64,000 nucleotides of DNA from a virus. Below are positions 1 through 8,992 of the stretch, piece by piece. A model generated the notes under the pieces. It had not been told where the DNA came from. It worked only from the letters and a program-made list of their open reading frames with translations, and ran no database searches. A program made the position numbers and the translations under genes. The stretch spans positions 30,591-94,590 of IMG/VR virus record IMGVR_UViG_3300035050_000132; one strand, given 5' to 3'. Numbering within the stretch: the stretch's first letter is position 1; each line of letters starts with the position of its first letter.

Positions 1-118
1 TAGCTTCAAGTTTAGATGATACATCATAATAAAAATCTAAACTTTTCAAACAAAAAGACAGTACAGTACGCTCATCTGCAGGCCTATAAAAAAGCTCTCT
101 AGCTAACTCAACACTCAC
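1..118 (-). CDS. 5' end of a CDS running off the window, probable DnaB-like replicative helicase (N-terminal domain); missing from the ORF track
   Basis: GTG at 118 with AGGAG RBS about 6 nt upstream. The frame is open to position 1: MSVELARELFYRPADERTVLSFCLKSLDFYYDVSSKLEA, resembling the DnaB N-terminal 'E.avL..ll......v...L' pattern. It follows the recA cluster. Confidence 0.45.
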   Translation of the reverse strand, partial: MSVELARELFYRPADERTVLSFCLKSLDFYYDVSSKLEA

Positions 119-120
119 AA

Positions 121-582
121 CTATCTCCTCTCACGCCTAGTGGTAAAAAGTTCTTGTTCTCTTCTACCAAGTTCACGCTTAAACGTAGCGATATACTCAC
201 TTATTGCCTTATCAATACCATCTATACGAATTAACTCTTCATCAAGATTATTTATTTCCTCTGTAACCTTGCTGAGCTCAGCTGTAGTATTAACCAAATA
301 CTCAGTTTTCTCGGCTTTAGTTTTGTATTCCTTTGGTATTTTAGAAGTACTCAAACACATCAGAACTGAAGACTCATAAAATCTTTTCTTTTTAACCAGT
401 TGAGCTTTAGCTTTATTCTGCTCGGCTTTAAAATAGATTAGATATTGCGCCAGCGCCAAAGAATATTTACTCACAGTCTCTGTAGACAAAGAATCTAAAT
501 TGTTAGGACTAAACCTCCAAACCTCATCTAAAAAGACCTGGTCCACAACAATCTTATTAAAAGATAGTACACCTTCGTCCAT
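121..582 (-). CDS. Coiled-coil protein, possible UvsY-like recombination mediator
   Basis: ATG at 582 with GGAGG RBS 7 nt upstream (ORF track starts at TTG 588). About 153 aa, helical, located between recA and the putative helicase like T4-type uvsY genes. Function is an inference. Confidence 0.5.
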   Translation of the reverse strand: MDEGVLSFNKIVVDQVFLDEVWRFSPNNLDSLSTETVSKYSLALAQYLIYFKAEQNKAKAQLVKKKRFYESSVLMCLSTSKIPKEYKTKAEKTEYLVNTTAELSKVTEEINNLDEELIRIDGIDKAISEYIATFKRELGRREQELFTTRRERR

Positions 583-606
583 TGTCAACCCTCCGCTAAA
601 AAATTT

Positions 607-921
607 TTAAGAAACTTTGTCATCTTCAATACGTTCTTTTAAAGGTCTAAAGTCAAACATGCCTGTGCAAAACAACTCTTCGGAAATCTTTTCTCCAAAC
701 TCATCATAAAGAGGAAGACGGTGTGCTTCCATAGGAAGAACTTCACCCCGCATATTCACACTCACCTGCCTACATTGAAGACTTAAATTACAATACTTAC
801 AGTCTCCAAGAATTGTCCCATCGTCTAAAATTTTAAAATCAGGACAATCTTTATTATATTTAATGGAATCCTCTGTAGGACCGCCATTATCATCGTAATT
901 ATTAATTTTAATTATAGTCAT
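607..921 (-). CDS. Hypothetical Cys-containing protein (104 aa)
   Basis: ORF with CPDF, CKYC, CRQ and C-terminal C. Overlaps the upstream HNH stop; RBS-like AGGAGA upstream. Confidence 0.7.
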   Translation of the reverse strand: MTIIKINNYDDNGGPTEDSIKYNKDCPDFKILDDGTILGDCKYCNLSLQCRQVSVNMRGEVLPMEAHRLPLYDEFGEKISEELFCTGMFDFRPLKERIEDDKVS

Positions 922-1951
922 AATTATATCTCCTGTGCATTATTGCTTGGTACCATGCTTTATGCCATTTTCTATTTGTGTTAGCTCTAGAATTACATGA
1001 ACGACAAACTGTTATAAGATTGGATGGGTGACAGTTCTTTTTGTTATAGTCTATATGATGGATAGAAAGAACCTCATCATTACCATAACAATAGGGATTT
1101 AAACACTTATTACCGTCACGTTCACGGATGTCTTGTTTGTATTCTTGATCTTTCCAAATCTCGCAGTAAGGTTCAAAAGATTTACCGCCTTTCCAATTAT
1201 AATGATTTTCAGCTGAATTACTTATAACTGCACACGTAGTACATCTTCGACCTTGTTGCCACTTAGTCCAGGCAATAGAATGTTTATGCCCAAAAGGACA
1301 AATATATTTTAATTTAGTATGGGCACCATCATAAGTACTAATAAACAATGTATAACCTTCTTTATCAAACTCTTTATGTATAAAATCAATAGTTAGTTTT
1401 ATATTATTATTGGAACATTCTGAGCACCTTTGCCCTTTTTTCCAATTATTCCAAATCATACTGTGTCTATGTCCTACTGGACAAATATATTTTAATTTAT
1501 TACTATTATTTACATACGTAGTGGTCAATAATACGTAACCTTCGCTCTCAAAAGATTTCCTAACAAAATCTATAGTCAATCTTGCATTACCAGCACAATA
1601 AGGACATCTGTTACCTACCCTCCAAGCTTCCCACGTTATAGAATGCTCGTGACCTTTAGGACATCTATAATTTAACTTAGTATGACTATTTAAATAAGTT
1701 TTACTTAATAAAGTATAACCCTCTTTTTCAAACTCTTTACGTATAAAACCTATATTCAATTTTGCATTACCAGCGCAATAAGGACATCTATCACCATGCA
1801 TCCAATTTTTCCAAGTTATTGAATGCTCATGGCCATTGGGGCATCTGTAATCTAATTTAGTATAATTATTAATATACTCCTTTGAGAGGAGGGTATAACC
1901 CTCACTCTCAAAAGAAGATTTTACAAAATCATATGTTAATTTTTTAGCCAT
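908..1951 (-). CDS. HNH homing endonuclease with four tandem zinc-ribbon (treble-clef-like) repeats
   Basis: Four ~58 aa repeats (FxxEGYxLxxxxYxxxxxKLxYxCPxGHxHSxxWxxWxxGxRCxxC), then ENHYNWKGG linker and C-terminal CLNPYC...LSIHHIDYNKKNCHPSNLITVCRSCN HNH motif. Confidence 0.87.
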   Translation of the reverse strand: MAKKLTYDFVKSSFESEGYTLLSKEYINNYTKLDYRCPNGHEHSITWKNWMHGDRCPYCAGNAKLNIGFIRKEFEKEGYTLLSKTYLNSHTKLNYRCPKGHEHSITWEAWRVGNRCPYCAGNARLTIDFVRKSFESEGYVLLTTTYVNNSNKLKYICPVGHRHSMIWNNWKKGQRCSECSNNNIKLTIDFIHKEFDKEGYTLFISTYDGAHTKLKYICPFGHKHSIAWTKWQQGRRCTTCAVISNSAENHYNWKGGKSFEPYCEIWKDQEYKQDIRERDGNKCLNPYCYGNDEVLSIHHIDYNKKNCHPSNLITVCRSCNSRANTNRKWHKAWYQAIMHRRYNYDYN

Positions 1952-1954
1952 AAC

Positions 1955-2323
1955 TCACTCACAAAAACCATCTTCATTTTCCATAGCTCTATTTATTTTA
2001 TCCATAACCAAATCTTCTGTAATAACTTCATCGTAATTTATACGAACTAAACAATACCCGTTTTCTTCTGCCCAAATACGTTTCAAATTGTCACGCTCAC
2101 GTTGTTGTAAAAAAGCTTTCTTATCACTATGAAAATGACTAACAAATTTTGTATGTTGTTGGCCTTGAACCTCTATAAAGACACCGATTTTCTTTATATA
2201 AAAATCAAAAAATAACCGGTGCCCTTTGTATTTTACATAATGCTCACAAAAAACCTTTTTAACTGGTTTACTCGGGAACAGTTCCAAAAGAATATTGTGG
2301 ACCTGAGTTGCTATGTGACTCAT
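1955..2323 (-). CDS. PD-(D/E)XK endonuclease (DUF559/Vsr-like)
   Basis: Motif FDFY...FIEVQGQQH...RDNLKRIWAEENGYCLVRINY typical of DUF559-like nucleases. Overlaps the recA 3' end by 56 nt. Confidence 0.72.
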   Translation of the reverse strand: MSHIATQVHNILLELFPSKPVKKVFCEHYVKYKGHRLFFDFYIKKIGVFIEVQGQQHTKFVSHFHSDKKAFLQQRERDNLKRIWAEENGYCLVRINYDEVITEDLVMDKINRAMENEDGFCE

Positions 2324-3341
2324 ATGCTTTTTCTAATCCTGTCATTTTAATTACACTACCTCTCAAAGAATTAAACAATTCTTTGTTCTCACGCAAATAT
2401 TCAACAGTCTGAAATTCACCTTGAGCTATATTTTCACCTTCATATTTAAACCAAGAACCAGCCTTTTCAACCAAATCCAGACTAACAGCAAGAGTCAACA
2501 GCTCTTGTACGTGATCATAACCCTTACCGTAAATAAGGTTTAGATCTGTCTTCCTAAAAGGCTCACCTAGTTTATTTTTTACAACCTCAAAAATTGTAGT
2601 ATGGCCATATACTTCGCCAGTTGCTTTATCTACCAATCTACGTGCTTTAGATTCTGGGCCTTGTACCTTTATTCTACCGGTTGCCCAAAAATTAAGTGCC
2701 TCTCCCCCTGTAGTGGTGGTAGGATCACCGTAAGCACCTACTTTAATACGTGTCTGGTTTACAAAAATTAATAGAACATTATTTTCAGCAGCTTGTGGAG
2801 TAATTTTACGTAAAGCCTTACTCATCAAACGGGCTTGTAACGCCATAGAATCCTTATCCATATCTGCCTCAGCTTCAGCTAATGGAATTAGAGCACTAAC
2901 ACTATCAATAACAATAACAGAATACTCGCCAGTTTGTATCAATCGCTCACAAATGTCCAAATTAGGCTCTCCGCCATAAGCTTTGATCATTGTTAATTTT
3001 TCTGGATCTACACCATAATTTTCAAATAATTTAGGATCGACAGCTTGTTCTGCATCTATATAAGCACACTTTAAACCCCTTCTTTGGGCCTGTATAACCA
3101 CATGGACACCCAATGTACTCTTACCACTACTATTGGGGCCAAACACCTCATAAACGCGTCCTATAGCCATCCCACCTCTACCTAATGCTATATCCAAACC
3201 TAATGAACCTGTACTAATAGTCTTAATATCATCAGCACTTTCAGACATTGGGTTAATAACATTACCATACTTTTTCTTAATTGCCGCCATTAAGGCATCT
3301 GTTGATTTGTTTGTGTTCTCAACTACACTTTTTTTAGCCAT
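2268..3341 (-). CDS. recA: RecA recombinase (bacterial type)
   Basis: ISTGSLGLDIALGRGG, Walker A GPNSSGKST, YIDAEQA, Walker B IVIDSVSAL, ALQARLMSKALRK, FVNQTR, TTTGG, VVKNK, KAGSWFKY. Start set at ATG 3341 (GGAGG RBS) rather than 3377. Confidence 0.96.
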   Translation of the reverse strand: MAKKSVVENTNKSTDALMAAIKKKYGNVINPMSESADDIKTISTGSLGLDIALGRGGMAIGRVYEVFGPNSSGKSTLGVHVVIQAQRRGLKCAYIDAEQAVDPKLFENYGVDPEKLTMIKAYGGEPNLDICERLIQTGEYSVIVIDSVSALIPLAEAEADMDKDSMALQARLMSKALRKITPQAAENNVLLIFVNQTRIKVGAYGDPTTTTGGEALNFWATGRIKVQGPESKARRLVDKATGEVYGHTTIFEVVKNKLGEPFRKTDLNLIYGKGYDHVQELLTLAVSLDLVEKAGSWFKYEGENIAQGEFQTVEYLRENKELFNSLRGSVIKMTGLEKAYESHSNSGPQYSFGTVPE

Positions 3342-3342
3342 A

Positions 3343-3942
3343 CTATTCCTCCCCGTTAAACCAGCCAAACTGGACATTCTTTAATTTTATATATTTTTCT
3401 GTATCAATATCTGCTTGAGCTGCTGCTCTATCCGTACGTAACTCTTCATTATTTAAACAAGTAATAATACTTTCAGTTATCCAAGCCATTTTTTTCTGAC
3501 CAAATACAGCACGAAACATAGCTAACACATGACCTTCTATTTTCAAAGTGTCTAAATTATTAAACAAAGTAATAATTAATTTAGATGCAAAAGCCAATGC
3601 CTGTTTCCTATTAAAAGAATAGTTATTCTCTATATTTGCAATCAAGGCTTTAGCTGCAGCTATATCTGCCCCAGCATCCCTATTAGCTACAATGTTACCA
3701 CATCGAAACCGTAAAAAATTATAATAGTGGTTTACTAAACTTGGCAAATCTTTAATATTATTAGTATAAGTTTCACACTTAGTAACAGCAAACGAGTGCT
3801 TTTCTAACAATAAAATACAATTACTAAGCACTGCATCAAATAAAGTACTATTGGGTTGTAAAAAATTACCTTCTTTAAAGGTATCTATAGATGAAATTAA
3901 CGGAGATAGCTGCTCCAATAAAACTTCTTTATCCACAGACAT
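3343..3942 (-). CDS. Hypothetical protein (199 aa)
   Basis: Clean ORF with AGGAG RBS between dnaN and recA; no recognisable motif. Confidence 0.8.
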   Translation of the reverse strand: MSVDKEVLLEQLSPLISSIDTFKEGNFLQPNSTLFDAVLSNCILLLEKHSFAVTKCETYTNNIKDLPSLVNHYYNFLRFRCGNIVANRDAGADIAAAKALIANIENNYSFNRKQALAFASKLIITLFNNLDTLKIEGHVLAMFRAVFGQKKMAWITESIITCLNNEELRTDRAAAQADIDTEKYIKLKNVQFGWFNGEE

Positions 3943-3947
3943 ATTTG

Positions 3948-5072
3948 TTATCTCCTAACAAGACTTACCAAATAAGCACGATGATCATCCCAACCAACAG
4001 ACTCAACAGTCATACCTTGACGTTCATCACCGCATTTCAATCTGACTTCATCATCAGCGATAGTTCTCAATATGTTTAAAAAATCTTTCCCATCAACATC
4101 TATTACAAAATCAGGTAAATCTTCAAACTCACCATATTCAAAAAGAGCTTTATCTGTAGTTAAATTAAGCTCATTATCTTTAAGTTCTATTGTCAATCTG
4201 TTATGATCATCAGAATCCCAAACATCCTCGATAGATGATACACCATTCAGTAATGTATTTTTATCAAGAACTAACGACTTATCTGCAAGCTCAAAAACCC
4301 TACTATATTCAGGATATTCTCTATACATAGCACTCTTTGACCAATAAACTACATTATCAAAGGATAACATATTTTTAGTTCTTTGTAACTCAAAAAATAA
4401 CTGAGTGTCATCTGTAAGAAGTCGTCTTAGCCCAGAAAGAAATTCAAAGGATAAAAAGTATTCCCCATCTTTAAGAGGCCCCTCACCCTTAATAGTAAAA
4501 TCAGAAACGACAGCGCCATTTGTAGTAGTAAACTTAACTGCGGAATCTTCTACAAGAACACGCAAGCCACGCACATAATCCTGAACACTGTTTTTATCAA
4601 TAGCATAAAAACTTTTTTCAATAGCGGTTTTAATTATACTAGAATTTAAAATAAGATTGGGTTCTTGTATATTAACCTCAGTTAAAAAAGCCGAAGGTGT
4701 TTGTGTATCTAACTTAAGACGGCTATTAGTTATACGGCCACTTTCGTTATGAATCTTGGCATATACAATTAGTTTTCCATCTTTAGTTTTAAAAGCGAAC
4801 TTTTTTACACCATATTCACCATCCCATGGTGAGAATGTCATAAAAAATGTCTTTATTTGACTAAATAGAAGAGACGCCTGACCAGGCGCGGTAACAGTTG
4901 CTGGAACTTCACAGGAAATTCCAGAACTTCCATTATTAGATATGAAAAGTACTTTATTATCATGTACTTTTATGAGAACTTGGCCATCAAAATCTGCGGT
5001 ATTAAGCTTAGCAGTAACACCCAACAGTTTAACAGCATACTGTGCGTCCTGTACCTTTAAATCAAACTCCAT
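3948..5072 (-). CDS. dnaN: DNA polymerase III beta-type sliding clamp
   Basis: 374 aa (typical clamp length). AIDKNSVQDYVRGL resembles AS.d..RpiLtGv; TTTNGAVVS resembles aTDGhRLa; EYPEYSRVF resembles gefPdYrrvip. C-terminal three-domain pattern. Confidence 0.8.
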   Translation of the reverse strand: MEFDLKVQDAQYAVKLLGVTAKLNTADFDGQVLIKVHDNKVLFISNNGSSGISCEVPATVTAPGQASLLFSQIKTFFMTFSPWDGEYGVKKFAFKTKDGKLIVYAKIHNESGRITNSRLKLDTQTPSAFLTEVNIQEPNLILNSSIIKTAIEKSFYAIDKNSVQDYVRGLRVLVEDSAVKFTTTNGAVVSDFTIKGEGPLKDGEYFLSFEFLSGLRRLLTDDTQLFFELQRTKNMLSFDNVVYWSKSAMYREYPEYSRVFELADKSLVLDKNTLLNGVSSIEDVWDSDDHNRLTIELKDNELNLTTDKALFEYGEFEDLPDFVIDVDGKDFLNILRTIADDEVRLKCGDERQGMTVESVGWDDHRAYLVSLVRR

Positions 5073-5148
5073 TAATTTTACTCCGTATTTTAATTGTTAT
5101 TATTTTATAATCACATATAAGTTAGTTAAACAACTACCAACAAATAAC

Positions 5149-5176
5149 AATATAACACATAAAATAAAATTGTCAA
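5149..5176 (-). promoter_or_regulatory. Sigma70-type promoter P1 for the replication module
   Basis: Minus strand TTGACA (5176-5171), 16 nt spacer ending TGT, then TATATT (5154-5149); extended -10 TG present. Confidence 0.65.
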
Positions 5177-5236
5177 GTAATTATTTTATGTGTGTTATTT
5201 TTTTTCCGCAACAACTACGAAATATAATAACACACA
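5155..5236. repeat. Overlapping inverted repeats in the structural/replication intergenic region
   Basis: ACACATAAAATAA (5155-5167) pairs perfectly with TTATTTTATGTGT (5181-5193). TGTGTGTTATT (5189-5199) pairs with AATAACACACA (5226-5236). Confidence 0.85.
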
Positions 5237-5251
5237 AATACTGTTTGTCAA
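5224..5251 (-). promoter_or_regulatory. Sigma70-type promoter P2 for the replication module
   Basis: Minus strand TTGACA (5251-5246), 16 nt spacer ending TGT, then TATTAT (5229-5224); same TGTGTTAT core as P1. Confidence 0.65.
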
Positions 5252-5260
5252 GTATTAAAT

Positions 5261-8200
5261 CTACATTAAATATACCAAATTATCATTATTATCATAAATA
5301 AGGTTGTCATCCACATCATAAATAATTATATATGGACTAATTGAGGCTGTTAATGTTCTATTAGATTTGTACGTACGTTTAACACTAGACGCTATATGAA
5401 CAGAAAGGTTAGCTTCCTTTTTAGGCTCAGCTTTAATAAAACATCCCAAATCATTCTCCTTCAAAGCTGTGACTCGATCTACCATATCTTTAATGGCTTC
5501 ATCTATAGAAGAATAATGTTTCAAATTAAATATATATTTTCTATTTACCTTTGATCTATCGACACCTTCCGGCAAATCTGTTAGAGTATAACCTTTAACC
5601 TGCACTACCCACTGATCATCCACAAACTCTCTATAAACTTGCTGGTTTCCAGAAAAATAATAATAACTACTAACATAATTACTAAATGTCAATTCCACAT
5701 GACGACGCCACTCTTCAACATTAGCATGATTAAGTTTTAATGTTATAAACTTTTTCTTAATAGCTGATGCCTCATGAGACAAAGGTGAGTACGCACGAGC
5801 AAATACTGGTAGATCAACCTGCATATAATTGACATTTATAGTTGCTGAAAGATTTGTAATATTATAGTTATCTATAACACGTCTATATGTAAGCTCTTGT
5901 GCATGGAAATCGTCTAAATAAAAACTACTATGAGTACCTGACCAACCTCTCCAAAAAGTATCATCAAAATTAGTATTATGTTTGGTTACCTCTATACTAG
6001 AAATATTATATTCTGAAGATGATCTTTTAGAAAATACCTCTACTTCCCTTAAATATAAATCAGTAGAATCATAACACACTATCCAAACTGATCTATATCT
6101 GATATTATTTGGATTATCCAAATTAAAAACCTTCCATTCATTGATTGACCAGTAACCAGCGTCGAAAGGTTCGTTAACTGTAAATAAGACAGTACCACTA
6201 TAAGGATCAGTAATAGCAGCAGCGTCAGAAGCTCTAATTTCAAAATTGTAAGGTAATTTATTAGTATACTCATAACTAAAAAAACGTAACTGTTTTAGCA
6301 CTTTGGCATCTACAAATGTATATCCAAAATATACACCTGGCCCAACAGAACTATTCCAAATAGTTCCAGTATTATTATCAAATAAATTAACAGTAGTACC
6401 AGAACTACCAAAAGATGTACCGATGGAGGTATTAGTTGAAGTCAAATCATCATCATCAAGTGACATAAAAGGCAAGTCTTCAAAAGTTTCTACAACATTG
6501 GCAGAAATATCTTCATATGTCAACATAAAAGATTCTAAATCCCAATCAAAATCTGTGCGTACTCTATACCAATTATTATTACCAGATATTGTTCCAGAAG
6601 ATACCGTCGTCCAAATATTATCCACATAATACTTTAACGCACCATCATCATCAAATGATATACCAAAAAGAGTCGTATCTTCAGTAGTATATAATCTAAA
6701 AGCTGGTTGATCAGCACCCCCAACTACATATATATAAAACTCAAAATAATCTAAATGGGACCCACCTAACCATTCATTAGGTTTATAGGTAACCACAGTA
6801 CCTAATGATGAATAATCTGAATTATAAAGCACTAAAGGGTTATTTCTAGGAACCGGGGGTTCTGTAATAATAGTGGTTACACGCTCCCGTTCCCAAGGAG
6901 TAACACCATCATCATCAAGAAAGTACTCAAAATCATAATGCTCTTTGAACAAGTCTCCTGAAGTTGTCACCACCACGTCTGATAATAATTGAATTAGTGA
7001 TATAGATATCTGTGTAGACGTAGGTACTCCAACAGTATACACAAATTTAACATAACGAGCTTCTATAGTATCAAAATTTAAAGTTTTATCAAGAGTATTA
7101 GTCAATAATTCACCTAACGGTTCGGTTGCCACTAATACCCACTCATCAGATTGATATTTTCTTACATAAACCAATAAATCATCATAAAACAATGAATCTG
7201 TGACTGGAGGTGAGTAAATATATAAACGGATTCCAGATAGTCTATGAATCTTACTAAGTGTTAAATAAATAGTATCTGTATGCTCCCCATATATAGAAGC
7301 ATGAAGTGGTATTGAAGATCCTGTATTACCATCAAATATAACATTTTTTTGATCTATATTTAATACTACTTCGGGTTGGTCATCTATTACACAGACAACA
7401 CCGCTACGACTTAAATCTACTAAGTATTCATCCACATCAGTAGTTGATAACACTTCAGCCTCTTCAACATAGCGTATTGCTGAATCTGTAGCACTTAATT
7501 CTGGGTCTTTAGTATAATATAAAACATCACTTTTTAAGACAGCTAAATTTAATTCTAAAGTATCTATTTCAGTATAAGTTTTAAATTCACTATATTTTAA
7601 TGTTACAGATGTATATTTTATAGGCTCTTTAAACACCCTTAATGTTATACTATTCTCTTCATAATAATCGTAACTATTTATAACAGCGGCCAAATCAATT
7701 ATATTTGAACCATCAGTACCAAACACAGATATTGATAAATTTGTACTATACATAGAATAAAGCTGAGACAACAAATCCCTATAAGATGAAGAAAAACAAC
7801 TAGGATTAACAGAAGCAGCAAGATCTAAACATTCTAAATAAGATAAAGAAATTAATGTACGTACATATACAATTTTAGGATAAATCACCGCTCCTAAATT
7901 TAAAGACTGTCCTTTAGGGATAAGAGTGACTGCCAAATCAGTCACAGGTACACTATTTATAAAAGCATTTAAATTTGTCCTATAATAAGATTGTATTTGG
8001 ATTGGTAAATTTTTAAGTGTTTCTATACTCAAAAAAGATTTTAAAGTTACCAACAAATTCACAGAAGGTACTGGGTTAATTGTAATTGGGACATCATATG
8101 GGCTCTTAGCATAAGCTATATTAAAATTAACATCTATAGTATCCCACCCATATAAACTAAATGCTAAATTTTCTGGAGAAACAGCCGTCATAACAGCCGC

Positions 8201-8986
8201 CAAATCATATAAATAGGTAGCTTTAATCGTCGTAGACAGATTTACATAAGATATTGCATGTATATATTCAAGTAGATTTGTTTCTTGCCAACCACCAACA
8301 CTAAAAGATAAATCAGATAAATCAGGATGTAATATTTTAAATATATCTAATGTTAAATCAGCAATATCTGAAAAATTAGGTTTTAAATAAGCTGGAAGTA
8401 CCTTTTGTAAAGAATTAAAAGCTTTTATAACTTCAGGTAATTCCTTACTTTCTTCTCGTAACCAACCTTTAATTATAGACGATACTTCTGTAAATGATGG
8501 CAAAAAAGTTTTAACATATGCATCAAAATCTGTAAAAGAACTAAAATTTTGTTTGACATAAGCAGGTAAATCTAACAGATTGTTTAAAGAATACCCTTTA
8601 GTTGATATAAATACATCAGAAATTCCAGAAGAGGCACCTTTGACCAAAGTACCAAGATCATAACTGCTGGATAATGTTGATTTTATATAAGCAAATAAAT
8701 TTACTATATCTGCAATAGCTTTTATATAACTACCTAAATCACGTATCCCACCATAGATACAATCTTGCTTCAATATTTGAACATTATATTGGCTATAGCC
8801 GACAACATAAGTCTTGCAAGATTTAAGATAGTCATTTTCAAACTGCATAGTCTGTATGGCAGCACCAAGATCTTTTGACAGCGATCCAAAATCAAACTCT
8901 AAATTTTGAAAACTAGGTGCTGAATACCCAGCATCTGTAAATAGAAATGGGGTGTTATTTATAAATGGTGGTTCATAAGAGGACAT
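5261..8986 (-). CDS. Large virion structural protein (1241 aa): short (D/N)LxAxI repeats plus discoidin-like and ConA/LamG-like domains
   Basis: N-terminal YEPP...F.F..GY.AP.F motif. About 20 DLxxxIxx repeats, then F5/8-like motifs (FDTIEARYVKF; LFDNNTGTIWNS...LREVEVF) and a lectin-like segment (WYRVRTDFDW). Last gene of the structural block. Confidence 0.7.
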   Translation of the reverse strand: MSSYEPPFINNTPFLFTDAGYSAPSFQNLEFDFGSLSKDLGAAIQTMQFENDYLKSCKTYVVGYSQYNVQILKQDCIYGGIRDLGSYIKAIADIVNLFAYIKSTLSSSYDLGTLVKGASSGISDVFISTKGYSLNNLLDLPAYVKQNFSSFTDFDAYVKTFLPSFTEVSSIIKGWLREESKELPEVIKAFNSLQKVLPAYLKPNFSDIADLTLDIFKILHPDLSDLSFSVGGWQETNLLEYIHAISYVNLSTTIKATYLYDLAAVMTAVSPENLAFSLYGWDTIDVNFNIAYAKSPYDVPITINPVPSVNLLVTLKSFLSIETLKNLPIQIQSYYRTNLNAFINSVPVTDLAVTLIPKGQSLNLGAVIYPKIVYVRTLISLSYLECLDLAASVNPSCFSSSYRDLLSQLYSMYSTNLSISVFGTDGSNIIDLAAVINSYDYYEENSITLRVFKEPIKYTSVTLKYSEFKTYTEIDTLELNLAVLKSDVLYYTKDPELSATDSAIRYVEEAEVLSTTDVDEYLVDLSRSGVVCVIDDQPEVVLNIDQKNVIFDGNTGSSIPLHASIYGEHTDTIYLTLSKIHRLSGIRLYIYSPPVTDSLFYDDLLVYVRKYQSDEWVLVATEPLGELLTNTLDKTLNFDTIEARYVKFVYTVGVPTSTQISISLIQLLSDVVVTTSGDLFKEHYDFEYFLDDDGVTPWERERVTTIITEPPVPRNNPLVLYNSDYSSLGTVVTYKPNEWLGGSHLDYFEFYIYVVGGADQPAFRLYTTEDTTLFGISFDDDGALKYYVDNIWTTVSSGTISGNNNWYRVRTDFDWDLESFMLTYEDISANVVETFEDLPFMSLDDDDLTSTNTSIGTSFGSSGTTVNLFDNNTGTIWNSSVGPGVYFGYTFVDAKVLKQLRFFSYEYTNKLPYNFEIRASDAAAITDPYSGTVLFTVNEPFDAGYWSINEWKVFNLDNPNNIRYRSVWIVCYDSTDLYLREVEVFSKRSSSEYNISSIEVTKHNTNFDDTFWRGWSGTHSSFYLDDFHAQELTYRRVIDNYNITNLSATINVNYMQVDLPVFARAYSPLSHEASAIKKKFITLKLNHANVEEWRRHVELTFSNYVSSYYYFSGNQQVYREFVDDQWVVQVKGYTLTDLPEGVDRSKVNRKYIFNLKHYSSIDEAIKDMVDRVTALKENDLGCFIKAEPKKEANLSVHIASSVKRTYKSNRTLTASISPYIIIYDVDDNLIYDNNDNLVYLM

Positions 8987-8992
8987 AAGTTA

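Noticed and set aside
2268-3377. Intein in RecA, or N-terminal extension from ATG 3377
   Set aside because: Length and motifs are canonical with no insertion. The RBS supports ATG 3341, and the extension overlaps the upstream gene.
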